Shown here: positions 1 to 18,500 of the stretch, in pieces | How positions within the stretch are numbered: the stretch's first letter is position 1 | How the letters are laid out: every line of letters starts with the position of its first letter | From: Eledone cirrhosa | Taxonomy: Eukaryota | Reading direction: 5' to 3' | Assembly (NCBI GenBank): GCA_964016885.1 | Contig: OZ024741.1 | Span: 392,770,001 to 392,834,000, forward strand | DNA: 64,000 nucleotides | Made by a program: the position numbers and the translations under genes | The notes under the pieces: model-generated | Seen by the model: the letters and a program-made list of their open reading frames with translations, nothing else | Databases searched by the model: none | Told to the model about the DNA's origin: nothing

Positions 1-15
1 ATATATATATTTATA

Positions 16-61
<46 letters not shown>

Positions 62-263
62 TATATATATAAATATATAATAAATACAATACCGGAGAAA
101 GCTTTTTAGCGATACTCCGGCCAAATTCCATCTCACTCAACAAACATTAGGAAATAAGTGATTATATTCCCAATTATGTGTTCGGGGTGCTAACTAAAAG
201 TATTACGTGGAAAATTGGCTGTATTATTTCAAATGAGACATATCTAATATTATAAATATATAA

Positions 264-298
<35 letters not shown>

Positions 299-407
299 AA
301 TATATATATAAATATATATATAAATATATATATAAATATATATATAAATATATATATATAAATATATATAAATATATATATATAAATATATATAAATATA
401 TATAAAT

Positions 408-452
<45 letters not shown>

Positions 453-459
453 TATATAA

Positions 460-542
<83 letters not shown>

Positions 543-549
543 TATATAA

Positions 550-592
<43 letters not shown>

Positions 593-635
593 TATATAAA
601 TATATATATAAATATATATATAAATATATATATAA

Positions 636-696
<61 letters not shown>

Positions 697-723
697 AATA
701 TATATATAAATATATATATAAAT

Positions 724-816
<93 letters not shown>

Positions 817-857
817 AATATATATATAAATATATATATAAATATATATATAAATAT

Positions 858-912
<55 letters not shown>

Positions 913-953
913 AATATATATATAAATATATATATATATAAATATATAAATAT

Positions 954-986
<33 letters not shown>

Positions 987-990
987 CACA
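1..990. repeat. (TA)n / TATAAA-interrupted microsatellite array with a short unique insert (~85-250)
   Basis: Directly visible; the YIYI ORFs are translations of this repeat. Confidence 0.95.
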
Positions 991-1029
991 CCCTCGTCTC
1001 ACCACCCCCACCCCATCCACACCACCCCT

Positions 1030-1445
1030 TTCAATGTAAAGTTATGTTGGTGCCACAACATCCAGGCCGAAACAAATGAGATCGTGTAGGTGTCACGACA
1101 AAAAACACACAGTCCACGCTGTAATGTGGCCGTGTAGGCAACACGGTAAAAACCTCCCAGCCCCACACTGTAAATGTCGTGGGTGTTAGGAAGGGCATCC
1201 AGCTGTAGAAAACCCGCCAGACAGTCCACGCTGTAATGTGGCCGTGTAGGCAACACGGTAAAAACCTCCCAGCCCTACACTGTAAATGTGGTTGGTGTTA
1301 GGAAGGGCATCCAGCTGTAGAAAACCCGCCAGACAGTCCTTTGCGAGCAAGACAACCACTCTTGCCTCAAGTGGGAAAACCCCGTCCAAAACCCATGCAA
1401 GCGTGGAACACGGACGTTAAACGTTGATGATGATGATGATGAGGA
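1030..1445 (+). mobile_element. RTE-type LINE 3' UTR fragment with an internal 112-bp tandem duplication and (GAT)n tail
   Basis: GGTGTTAGGAAGGGCATCCAGCTGTAGAAA matches the 3' UTR that follows the RTE ORF end at 10270-10790 (minus). It ends GGACGTTAAACGTTGATGATGATG. The duplicated unit starts at 1109, 1221 and partially at 1333. Confidence 0.75.
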
Positions 1446-1521
1446 TGATAAATAAATATATATAAATATATATATATAAGTATATATATATAAGTATATA
1501 TATATAAGTATATATATATAA

Positions 1522-1574
<53 letters not shown>

Positions 1575-1670
1575 GACATGCCCATGAAAATCATACCTTA
1601 TCGGTTGGATATTCTCTGGATAGAGAATATATGTATATATATATATATATAATATATATAAATATATATT

Positions 1671-1715
<45 letters not shown>

Positions 1716-1757
1716 ATATATATATGTATATATATATAAGTATATATGTATATATAC

Positions 1758-1812
<55 letters not shown>

Positions 1813-1870
1813 AGTATATATATATATGTATATATATATATGTATATATATATGTATATAAATATATGTG

Positions 1871-1904
<34 letters not shown>

Positions 1905-2211
1905 ATGTACATATATATATATGTATATATATATATTTGTATATGTATAGATATATAAATATATATATATATATTTGTATATATATATATGTATAAATAT
2001 ATATATATGTGTGTGTGTGTGTATCTATTTCCTTCTTATACTCCTCCCCCACCATTCTTTACTCTCATCTCCTCCTCTTCCTTACCATTTCCACCCCACC
2101 CCCTCTCACTTTTTCGCAATCTCATACATCAATCTTAAATTATTTTTCATATGTTGATTTCAAACATCACTATTCACAAGTGTTTGTTAAGTTTCATATC
2201 ATGTATCCCTA

Positions 2212-2277
2212 TTTATCTGATGAGAACGCACATATCATCCCATGATGATATTTGTTTTTGAATTGCGCATAATAAAA
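2212..2277 (+). ncRNA. Degenerate minimal type I hammerhead ribozyme (GAAA changed to GAAT)
   Basis: TTTAT-CTGATGA-long stem II-GAAT-TGCGCA-TA-ATAAA; palindromic stem III. Confidence 0.55.
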
Positions 2278-2325
2278 TACTTGGAACTCTTTAACCATCT
2301 TTTGATCTTATATTATATATATATG

Positions 2326-2356
<31 letters not shown>

Positions 2357-2371
2357 ATCTATATATATATG

Positions 2372-2431
<60 letters not shown>

Positions 2432-2587
2432 CCGTACTAAGAGTGATCAATGAAATTTCATTTTTTCCATTTATATATATATATATGCATATATATGAAT
2501 GAAAAATGGCGAGCTGAGTTGTTGCAAATAGGACACACATATATTAATTCTATCTTCATTTATTAATTCTATTTTTCATTTATTATA

Positions 2588-2631
<44 letters not shown>

Positions 2632-2748
2632 AATAAAAAGGAGATCAATATTGCCACAGGTACTTATTTTAAAAAATTGTTTGAATCTGGATTGCTTCGC
2701 TTATCTCAATTATATATATGTATATATATATATATGTATATATATACA

Positions 2749-3065
2749 TGTCGGGTCTCCCTTGAGTGCTGCTGGTAACATGTAACCCGGTACAACCTGT
2801 CGCATGGTCGAGTCGTCGGCGACTAAACCGGCAACCCCACCAAATTTACTTGGTGACGCGGGTGATTTTGGACACCCTGCAGGACAAAAATGAAAACCTG
2901 ACAAAGGGCGGAAGAACTCAAAAGTGTGTAAATATGTATATACACATGTACCGCGCGGTTAAACCACTGGGTGTGAAGGACCCCTAGCCTTTGTCAGGGC
3001 ATTCTTCTAAGAGAAGGCAACTCAGGAAACTGGGATAACTCCGATATAAAACCTGCGGCTCAGTA
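2749..3065 (+). mobile_element. Structured repeat resembling the 5' UTR of an RTE-like LINE (copy A)
   Basis: Aligns by eye with the reverse complement of 23640-23930; several conserved helices. RTE assignment is from pattern recognition. Confidence 0.6.
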
Positions 3066-4270
3066 GTTACCGTTGATGTTGATCTTTTCTTCTTTTCGGG
3101 TTATAGCTACTGTCGCTCAGAGAGTGGGATTGGCTCAGTGTACAGTCTTTCCTCACTTTAAAAAATATCTTCATGCACAGGCATTGCACGATAGAATTAA
3201 TTAATAATGGTATATTGTGCAATAGCCATACTCGATAACGAGGGGGCAGCCATATACATATGTATATAATCATCAGAAACAATAAAAAGAAAATATAAAG
3301 AATTAATACCTTTTAAAACAATGAAGTCAGATTTTAGCCTAAAATTAGCAGTTAAGCTAAAATCTCTCTTCACCATGTTTTATGAGGTATTCTTTCTATT
3401 TTCTTTTCCTTGATTCTGATGATTACAATGTTTTGTTCATCTAATTAATTAAGTAATAATTAATTATGTATTAGCTTAAAAGTTGGATGAAACATGTGTT
3501 AATGTATTAAGATGTAATATAATTAATAGTTTGGTCTTGTGTGTATTATTGTAATCTTAGCTCTATAATTTAACATTGTTACTTAAACATCTTCAAACAG
3601 GGACTTTATACAACTCGAACCGAATCATATTTAACCTTCTGAATAGTTTATTGTGATAAATCTTATATTTTGAGCTGTAATAATTCTTTTTTCACCTAAA
3701 TTTGTCTGTTTTCTCTTTTGAAAATGATCTTTTTTGAACTTATATATATATATATATAATGTTTAGTTCACAAACATGTGCCCAAATTGCTAATCCTGGA
3801 TTTAAGACAAGATTCTTCTAATGAATGTTGAAAGCCAATTGACGTCAGTGAACACTTGACTATCTGGAAGTATGCCAAGTGCAATTTAAACCATTCAGCC
3901 ATTATCAGTAATTTCATATCAGTCTGCTGCTGCTGGTGGCTGTCGACTTAAAGGCCAATTCAACCAAAACTTAGATCCAGATGCACAACTTTGTTTACTA
4001 TATTACTTTCTAAAATACCCAGTTAGTTTATTAAAAAATTATATATATGCCTATCCATATCCACATAAGAATGAAGGGTTCATTCTACTGATGTGGCTAT
4101 AAAATTGAGGCTTGTTTGTATAATTGCAAACGAATCGAATGTTATTATTAATATTCGAAAAACTCAGATTACATTTATTGTATTCAGCCATGTAGAGCGA
4201 AAATTTTCTTTTTATATATATATATGTCTTGTATATATATATATGTGTGTATGTATATGCATATATATAC

Positions 4271-4318
<48 letters not shown>

Positions 4319-4408
4319 GTAGAACACTGGAAGGTAATAGTGGTAGAGCACTCAGTCCATGGGACGAGTTAGGTAGTAGTGGTTACACAACAGTTAGTTC
4401 ACCATACC

Positions 4409-4444
4409 GAGAACAATTGTTTCACCTTAGCGGATCCTCAGCTT
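4409..4444 (-). ncRNA. Minimal hammerhead ribozyme in the inverted Penelope terminal repeat
   Basis: Minus strand AG-CTGAGGA-TCCGCTAAGGT-GAAA-CAATTG-TT-CT; weak stems I and II. Confidence 0.55.
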
Positions 4445-4661
4445 GTAATGGACATGGTTATACGGAACAGGAAGGACAACCGTACGAACGCGCATGCGCA
4501 GACACGGTCACTTCACTCAGGCAATACTAAATTGCGTGCGAGAGGGGTAAGGGAGATAACTGCGAAATTCCGATAACAGTAGGATAACAGTAGCTACCAA
4601 CCTCTCTAGCGTAGATTTCTTAGATATTAATTTAGACCTTCGCACACACACATACAGACCC

Positions 4662-5534
4662 TTGCATAAGCTTAACAAAAAACTCAATTACATTCACAAG
4701 GACTCATGCCACCCTCCCACTGTTTTTAGAAACTTCGTAAATAATATCAGTACTAGAATCTCAAACCTCTCCTCTAATAAGGCTATCTTTGACAGAGCAG
4801 CACCCTACTATAACACGGCGTTAGCTAACAGCCGCTTCTCGCAACCTATCACTTACTCTCCCACTAACAACAACAGCAATAAGAAAACAAAGCATAACAA
4901 TAAACAAACTATCTGGTTCTCTCCTCCCTTCTCACTCAACGTTAAAACCAACGTAGGCAACAAAATTCTAGCCCTCTTAGATAGATACTTTCTCATAGGT
5001 CATAAATACCGTTCCATCTTTAACCGACACAAAGTAAAACTAGGATACTCCTGCACTAAGAACATAAAGGCCCACATCACCAGCAGCCCTAGGAGCAACA
5101 CCCCACCAGGGCCACCAGGGTGCTCTTGCCGTAAGCCTGAAGCTTGTCCCTTTTAACAGCAATGCAACACACCCGCTGTAGTTTATGAAGCTGTGGTCAC
5201 TTCCAACCGACCAAATCAACCACAGGAGGTCAAATCCTATGTGGGTATGATGGAGGGCCGATTTAAGGAATGCTTCCTGAACCACCAGTCGACCTTTAGG
5301 TACCCGGACAGACGTTCATCCACGAAACTCACGAGCCACGTATGGTGCCTCAAGGACTCAAGTATAGACTACTCCATTCAATGGAAAGCCATCACTAAGT
5401 CCAAGCCATACGCAAGGGGCAATCCGTCATGTGGTCTATGTATTGATGAACGAATAAATATTCTAAAGAGATTACGCAATAACGATTGCCTAAACACGAG
5501 AAATAAATTCTTCACACGTTGTCCACACCTTTGA
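4662..5534 (+). pseudogene. Penelope-like RT thumb + GIY-YIG endonuclease, interrupted by a stop near 5155
   Basis: ORFs 4662-5156 and 5193-5534; motif series shared with the elements at 20146, 44760 and 58797. Confidence 0.85.
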
Positions 5535-5773
5535 AAACACCTCTTACATAACTACAAAGCTCCGGATTGAATTACAACAACATCCTAATTTTCTTATCAA
5601 CTAGAAACTTTCGTAATTTCGCAGTTATCTCCCTTACACCTCTCGCACGCAATTTAGTATTGCCTGAGTGAAGTGACCGTTTCTGCGCATGCGCATTCGT
5701 ACGGTTGTCCTTCCTGTTCCGTATAACCATGTCCATTACAAGCTGAGGATCCGCTATATATATATATGTATTG

Positions 5774-5807
<34 letters not shown>

Positions 5808-5811
5808 CATT

Positions 5812-6145
5812 ATATTAATAAATGGAAACTATATTTATAAAACCATAATTATTTTATTATATATATTTCAAGGGCAACCAAGGCAAATTTTGGTGCGCTT
5901 TCATCAGATAAAATACAAAATTTGTTTTATAAATGTTGACATACCCGCAGAAGAACAACCTTGACGGTTGGAGGTTCGCGAACATCCAACCGTCAAGGTT
6001 GTTCTTCTGCGGGTATGTCAACATTTATAAAACAAATTTTGTATTTTATCTGATGAAAGCGCACCAAAATTTGCCTTGGTTGCCCTTGAAATATATATAA
6101 TAAAATAATTATGGTTTTATAAATATAGTTTCCATTTATTAATAT
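5812..6145. repeat. Perfect ~160-bp fold-back palindrome of a Penelope terminal repeat with a hammerhead on each strand
   Basis: Arms 5812-5972 and 5985-6145. Same family as 18791-22741 and 46584-46891. Confidence 0.9.
6043..6106 (+). ncRNA. Type I hammerhead ribozyme (mirror copy 5851-5914, minus)
   Basis: ATTTTAT-CTGATGA-stem II-GAAA-TATATA-TA-ATAAAAT; all core nucleotides present, 7-bp stem I. Confidence 0.8.
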
Positions 6146-6290
6146 GGTGGATTGGCAGTATCGGTAGAGGCGTCGGACGCCATGCTTTGACGCATAGAGT
6201 TACGGCCGTTGCCATTCTGAGTTCAAATCCCGCCGAAGTTAACTTTACCTTTCATCCTTACGGGGTCGATAAAATTAAGTACCAGTAATG
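6146..6290 (+). mobile_element. tRNA-derived SINE (central TTTCATCCTTACGGGGTCGATAAA domain) nested in the Penelope repeat tail
   Basis: B-box GAGTTCAAATCCC. The host repeat resumes near 6293 (TACTCC...GAGTGCTTTATATCAGTTATAAAA, compare 46893-46935). Confidence 0.8.
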
Positions 6291-6376
6291 TATTTACTCC
6301 TCCAATCTGTTGAGTGCTTTATATCAGTTATAAAACTTTTAAGTTTGTTGAATTCCAACAAATTAAATATAACCTC

Positions 6377-6410
<34 letters not shown>

Positions 6411-6413
<3 letters not shown>

Positions 6414-7991
6414 TGCCCCGCAAAAGTTTACAACACATTAGGAAAAATGCGGTTTTAGGTATTTTTAATAAAGTTAGGGTAATGAAATTTAACTACTGAT
6501 AGAACATATAATGAGGCATTTAATGATACAATCATATTTAAAAAAAAATAACAAGGAAATAAATCATGAAGAAAAATCAATATTTTTATAACGCAAAAGT
6601 TTACAACACATTTTATATTTATCGCTTTTTTCAAGAAAATTCTTAAATTTTCAGATTTAAAATTCAGTAGAATGTTCTAGATTAGGTTTAAGGTAACTTC
6701 TAAGGACTTTTAAAAACATTATGTCATTATTTGTCTGACAACCATCCTGTAAACATTGACAACCGTCCTGTAAACATTGACAATATAGGGAAAAAATAAA
6801 CTGATTGATCAAGACCTCCGTAAACGCATTGAAGACCTTCATCAAATGGTGTTGGTTATAGAAAGATATCTTGTCAGTTAAATGTTCAGTTGGTACTATA
6901 ATTCGTCACTGGAAATCTCATCATTCCATCTGTCCTCTAATTAGTTCTGGTCGTCCTAGAAAGATAACGGAACGTGCAGCTCGGTTATTGACGAGAAAGG
7001 TTGACAACGAACCCCGGTGTACTCTTAAAAATCTTCAGGATGACCTAGAAGGAAGTGGAGTAAAAGTGAGCACAGATACAATTAGTCGTTCACTTCGTCG
7101 ATATGATATCTTTTCGAGGTCTCCAAGGAAAACACCACTTCTTACGAGGAAACACGTTCTTCGTCGATTAAACTTTGCAAATGAGCATCTCATCAAACCT
7201 GCGTCATTTTGGGAAGATGTACTTTGGTCGGACGAAACAAAAATTGAACTTTTTGGTCGAAAGGCTGTGACAAAAGTCTGGAGAGAGAAAAGTACTGAAT
7301 ATTCGCCGAAGAATACTATTCCAACTGTAAAATTTGGAGGTGGATCAATCATGGTCTGGGGTTGCTTTAGTGCCACAGGTGTAGGAAATATTGAAATAAT
7401 AGAAGGAAGAATGGATGGCGCTTATTATAGAGCTATTTTGCAAAGGAATTTATATCAAAGTGCACATTCTTTCAGCTTAAAGTCAGGTTGGTTTTTTCAA
7501 CAAGATAATGATCCAAAGCATACTGCAAAGCTAACACAATCTTGGTTAAGTACGAATGGAATAAATGTTCTAAAATGGCCAAGTCAGTCTCCAGATCGAA
7601 AATTTGTGGAGAGAACTGAAACACAGAATTCAAAAAAGGAAACCCCAAAATATCCCTGAACTAAAGAAAATTTGTTGTGAAGAATGGAAAAATATTAGTC
7701 AAGAAACATGCAAGAAGTTTGTAGGAGGCTACTCCAAACGCCTACAGCAACAAAGGTTACGCTACGAAATATTAAGAGATGATTTAATAAATGTGTTGTA
7801 AACTTTTGCTTTATAAAAATATTGATTTTTCTTCATGAGTTATTTCCTTGTTATTTTTTTTTAATATGATTGTATCATTAAATGCCTCATTATATGTTCT
7901 ATCAGTAGTTAAATTTTCATTACCCTAACTTTATTAAAAATACCTAAAACCGCATTTTTCCTAATGTGTTGTAAACTTTTGTGGGGCACTG
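6411..7991 (+). mobile_element. Full-length Tc1/mariner transposon with ~200-bp IR/DR terminal inverted repeats, TA target site
   Basis: TA|CAGTGCCCC...GGGGCACTG|TA. TIRs 6411-6611 and ~7791-7991, each with two AAAAGTTTACAACACATT motifs. Confidence 0.95.
6785..7790 (+). pseudogene. Tc1-type DDE transposase, frameshifted
   Basis: GRPRK, WSDETK, VWGCFS, FQQDNDPKH. The SPDLNPIENLW motif is broken by a deletion near 7598; the N-terminus is also frameshifted. Confidence 0.92.
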
Positions 7992-8576
7992 TATATAGTG
8001 AAAGAGTGAAGAATAACATGGTCAACAGTACAAAAAGGATTTTATTTACATGCTATTCTTCACTCTTTCACTATTATTACTCCAATATTAACCTGCATAG
8101 GAATTCCCAAGAAATCGCAACCTACCTAAGGAAACCTCTTGTTGAGTCAAACAACGCCGTACATTAAAACCATCCACAATACGGAGTACTCACAACCTCT
8201 AACTGGATTACCTATAACGATAATTTGTTATCCCATATAATATATATATACTTTATAAACAACAATCTCTTATGGATATGCCATATTATGTCTTCTTTTA
8301 GTATTCCAGGTAGTTTACCACTTGCAAAGGATTTTTGGAAGAGGATCTGCAGTGGTTTTTGCTAATGTTTGCTTGCATGATTTTTTAGAGGACTATACAT
8401 TGTATTGCTATGTTGATTATTATTATTGTGTTTTAATTTGTTTCTATTCATTGCCATAGTGTATAATATATTTGATTGATTCATTTTCATATTACCATCC
8501 ATACATTCAAGTTTATCATTGTGATCCGAGCAAGATAAAACTTAATTATAATATGATTTCATTATAAGATAAGGAG

Positions 8577-8695
8577 AAGGCACGTGGCTTAGTGCTTAGA
8601 GAGTTGGATTTGTATTCGTGAGGTTGTGAGTTCAATTCTTGGACTGGGTGATAAATTGTGTCCTTGAGCAAGACACTTTATTTCACATTGCTCTT
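8577..8695 (+). mobile_element. tRNA-derived SINE 5' portion
   Basis: A-box TGGCTTAGTG, B-box GAGTTCAATTC, GTGTCCTTGAGCAAGACACTT; related to 34570-34855. Confidence 0.75.
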
Positions 8696-8829
8696 TCTGC
8701 CAGGAGTTGCGACTGCTAGATAGTATCAGCAATGGAAAAACCAATGGAAACATTGTTTCCTTGGTCCAATTTGACAAGGTCTACCCCACTCAGCAAGCAA
8801 ATCAGGTCTGGGATCTTGTCGATCGATCA

Positions 8830-9180
8830 GAGTGATAAGATAAGGTGCTAATTCTATTAGAAATACACTTGTCTATAGAATAGAGAATTGTTTTAGGCTG
8901 GGTTGATTTTTTTATCTACATAGCAAATGTATTCTCCTGGTTTATGGTATGGTCTGTAAGTTCCCGATAGTAGATCTAAGGTAATATCTAAAAAAAATGA
9001 TCATTTTAGTATTCCTATCCATAGGTTATAGTTGTTAAAGAGTTAATACAGGTCATTTCTAGTTTGATCTATTTTGTATTTCTTATATTCTAGGGCAACG
9101 AAACCATCATCATGGTACAAACCACTTTTTGTCTTAGCAGCAAAAAATGAAACTAAACACAATTCAACAGTAGGCCCCGA
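8830..9180 (-). pseudogene. Degraded Penelope-like RT fragment
   Basis: Minus-strand SGLYHDDGF and FLDITLDL...YRPYHKP motifs. Confidence 0.7.
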
Positions 9181-9189
9181 TAGGTTCCC

Positions 9190-10265
9190 TGCTTGTGTCC
9201 TGAAGGTGTCGACACCAGCTTGCATCTCCTCTTGCTAATCTGTGGAGGAACTCACTGGATGCTGGATATATACCAGAAAACTTACTATCCCAGTCTGTTG
9301 TCCCAGTTTCAAAAAGGGAAACAAATTCTTTGCCGTGAATTACCATCCGATCTCACTCACCTCTCATATCATTAAGTTATTTGAGAGGGTTGTGAGATCA
9401 TGAATAACTCCCTTTCTTGAAAGCAACAGACTGCTGAACTCCAACCAATATGGGTTCCATAATAGAAGGGATTGCCTAATGCAGCTACTGCATCACTTTG
9501 GTGACATTTTGAGAGCTTTGGGAGAGGGCCTCAACACTGATGTCATCTACCTTGATTTCAGCAAGGCCTTTGACAGAGGTTGATCACAACATTCTACTGA
9601 AAAAACTATCCAACATTGGTGTCTCTGGAAAGTTACTGCAGTGGATCAAGTGTTTCCTGTCAAACAGAGTCCAACATGTAGTCGAAGGAGTACATCCAGC
9701 CCAGCCAAAGTCAGTAGTGGTGTTCCACAAGGCACTGTGTTAGGCCCACTTCTTTTCATTATCTACATTAATGATATTACTGACATCAACAGGCACAGCA
9801 ACATAAGAATCTTCGCAAATGATTCCAAGCTCCAGAAGGTCATCAATGGCATGGGTGACTGGATATGCTTCAATCAGATCTACTGGCTGTTATCCAATGG
9901 GCAGAAAAGAACAATATCCTGCTGAATGAGGACAAATTTGAGTTAATCCACTTTGGAAAAGCGGATGCCCTGAAATTCCCATACGCTCTTCCTTCAGGTG
10001 AAACTCTTGTAGCATCCAACAATATCAGAGACTTGGAAGTAATTGTGGACAATAACACAAGCTGGGCCACTAATATAAACAGCAGGATGTGTTCCTGGAT
10101 TCTCAGAACCTTTCAGTTGAGAGATATCAACACTATTATCCTTCTCTTCTCCACTTTTGCCTGACACCACCTTGAATACTGTTGTCACTGTGGTCTCCCC
10201 ACACGAAACAAAGTATCATGACAGTTGAAGCACCTCAAAGGTCAATTACAAAAAAGATAAATGGG
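9190..10265 (+). mobile_element. CR1-clade LINE reverse transcriptase fragment (frameshifted)
   Basis: QYGF, DVIYLDFSKAFD, VDHNILLKKL, SGVPQGTVLGPLLFIIYIND, IFANDSK. Confidence 0.9.
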
Positions 10266-10269
10266 CTTG

Positions 10270-10800
10270 GTTTCTACAGCTCAATGCCCTCCCTAACACC
10301 AACCTCATTTACAGTGTGGACTGGGTGCTTTTTGTCATGAAACCTACATGACCACTTTACTTTGTGGGCTGGGCACCTTTTACTGTGCTACCATCATGAC
10401 CACTTTACAGTGTGGGCTGTTGGCTTCACTGGATGTATACTTCGGTCTGTTCTCATAGGAGATGTATGGGAGTGTGTGGGGTGGGATGGTGCATACTATT
10501 TATATGCTTCAGTCTTGGACTGTGCCCGAGGGAAGTTGGGTCTTCTCTATTACTTTGTAATGCTAGAGATCTCAGTCCTGTGTCATTCACCTTTGAGATG
10601 TGCAACTGGGCAAGGTCAGATTTTATCACCTTGTCCCAAATCTTTCTGGGTCTTCCCACTCCAAGGCTTCCATCAACTTTGAGCGCTCTGCAGCTTTTCA
10701 TACAGCTGTCATCCTTCATACGCATCACATGTCCATACCAATGTAATCTCCTCTCTTGCACACACCATTTTAGTCCTCTTATGCCTAGTTTCTCCCTCAT
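10270..10800 (-). mobile_element. RTE-clade LINE 3' end (ORF C-terminus + 3' UTR)
   Basis: RRLHWYGHVMRM...GRPRKIW in ORF 10453-10821. Confidence 0.85.
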
Positions 10801-11399
10801 TTTATTTAAAGGTTCTTTCATAAAATTATGTAGGGAAGTTTTGGATAAATATAAACACTTTAAAACAAACAGATTTGTAATTTAGAACTAGGGTCATCTT
10901 CTTTGTTCCTATTTAACTTAAAATCTCAATCAAAATGTTATTATAATGGTTGATATCATAATATAGAAATATCTTGGTTATATTATATGAATTGAAATGT
11001 GTACCATTCTGCTCATTAAACATATAGTCATGACAGAGTTTATTAGAGTTTACTAGAGTTAGTGCTTCACTGGAAAATGTGGAGGATCTGAGTTTCTTCT
11101 AGTAGTGGCAGATGACAGAGGACACATCAGACAAAACACTCATTCCTCAATGTATTTCATATTCAATCTTATTTAATCAACATTTTCGGGGTTGTTCCCC
11201 CTATCTTTGACTAGAATTAATTATTTAGATAATGTTTATTTGCATCACTTGAGGGTGTGATTTTAATTAGCATAAATTTCTTGGATTACAACATATAATA
11301 CCTTATTTACTATTGGATGTTTTGTGTGTATTTTTCTGTAGTCATTTTAATGTTGGTTAGTGAAATCTTGCCTCTGGGATGTAACCCTTGATGGGATTG

Positions 11400-11402
<3 letters not shown>

Positions 11403-11486
<84 letters not shown>

Positions 11487-11502
11487 AAGAACGATAGAGA
11501 GA
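11403..11502. repeat. (GA)n microsatellite
   Basis: Directly visible. Confidence 0.95.
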
Positions 11503-12584
11503 GTTTATGTGTGAATGGTAGGTGCACCACTCTAAAAATATTAGCATTGCTTCCATGAAGACTATAGGATTGCAGCAATCAGAAACTGTTGAGGTTGTAG
11601 TATTCTTTCGAACTCTGAGAAGAAAACTTAGTGTTTCTCACATATTCATGACTGTAATTATTAAATAATTTGAATATTTTATCTGTGTTATAATCTATTG
11701 AGTATATAGTAAGTCCTTTTGATTTTTCTGCCAGCAGGAAATTTACAATATTTATATATGGGAGAAATGCCTGGTGAGAAATGTTTTTTTTTTTTTTTTT
11801 TTTTTTTTTAGTCAAAAGAAAAAATGTTTATGACTGAAAAATACTGGTGGGTGGGGGAAAGGAAAGACAGTATGCTCAAAATGGAGACTTGGCCAGAATT
11901 CTTGCAACAGAATGGACTCTTCTAAAGACCCTAAAAGACCAGCTGGTGGTGTTAAAATGGGGGGTGGATTGAGTTTACCACATAAGTATGTTACAACAGG
12001 ATTTGAAATGAGAATGCAAAGCATTAGAAGAGATACTGCAATGCTATATGAGTTTGCAAGTGTATTGCCCTAGATTTATATGTTATCAATTGCAGGAGGA
12101 TGAAAAGCAGAAAGGAACCAGAATAAACAGTGTAAGGTGACACACTAATAGTTCTGCCAATTCACCAATATATATATATATGAAAGTGAGATAGAAAAAG
12201 AGATTTGCAGGAATAAAAGACTGAAGCTTACTTATATATTTCATTGCATTTTATAAAGCTATTCAACTATCAAATTTAGTGTGGTAAGAGAAATAAAATA
12301 AAATAGTAACGTTTATGCTTTTCCTAATCTAATATAAAACATCAAAGTCAGTTTTGCATTGTTCACCTTTATTCAAATGCAGTTGATGTTAAAAAGGATT
12401 TATTGTGCAGTCACAGAGGATTTATTGTGCAGTCACAGTGAACTAGAGCATACTTGATATTATATATACAACATATGTTCTTTTGAAACAAGATCCCTCA
12501 CTTATTAATGGAATAAAACAACACAAATAACAATAATCATCTTCAATGCTATTTCTTTAAGCCTTTGAAATGCTAACACAATAT

Positions 12585-12784
12585 NNNNNNNNNNNNNNNN
12601 NNNNNNNNNNNNNNNNNNNNNNNNNNNNNNNNNNNNNNNNNNNNNNNNNNNNNNNNNNNNNNNNNNNNNNNNNNNNNNNNNNNNNNNNNNNNNNNNNNNN
12701 NNNNNNNNNNNNNNNNNNNNNNNNNNNNNNNNNNNNNNNNNNNNNNNNNNNNNNNNNNNNNNNNNNNNNNNNNNNNNNNNNNNN
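12585..12784. other. Assembly gap (200 N)
   Basis: Run of N. Confidence 0.99.

Positions 12785-18500
<5,716 letters not shown>

Larger units (their letters stand above)
4317..5756 (+). mobile_element. 5'-truncated Penelope-like element (Naiad-type) with inverted terminal repeat, inserted in (TA)n
   Basis: ORF remnants WFSPPFS...IFNR, CSCRKPEACP and GIY-YIG-like VVYEA...SYVG. 4429-4569 is the reverse complement of 5597-5756. (TA)n on both flanks. Confidence 0.9.
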
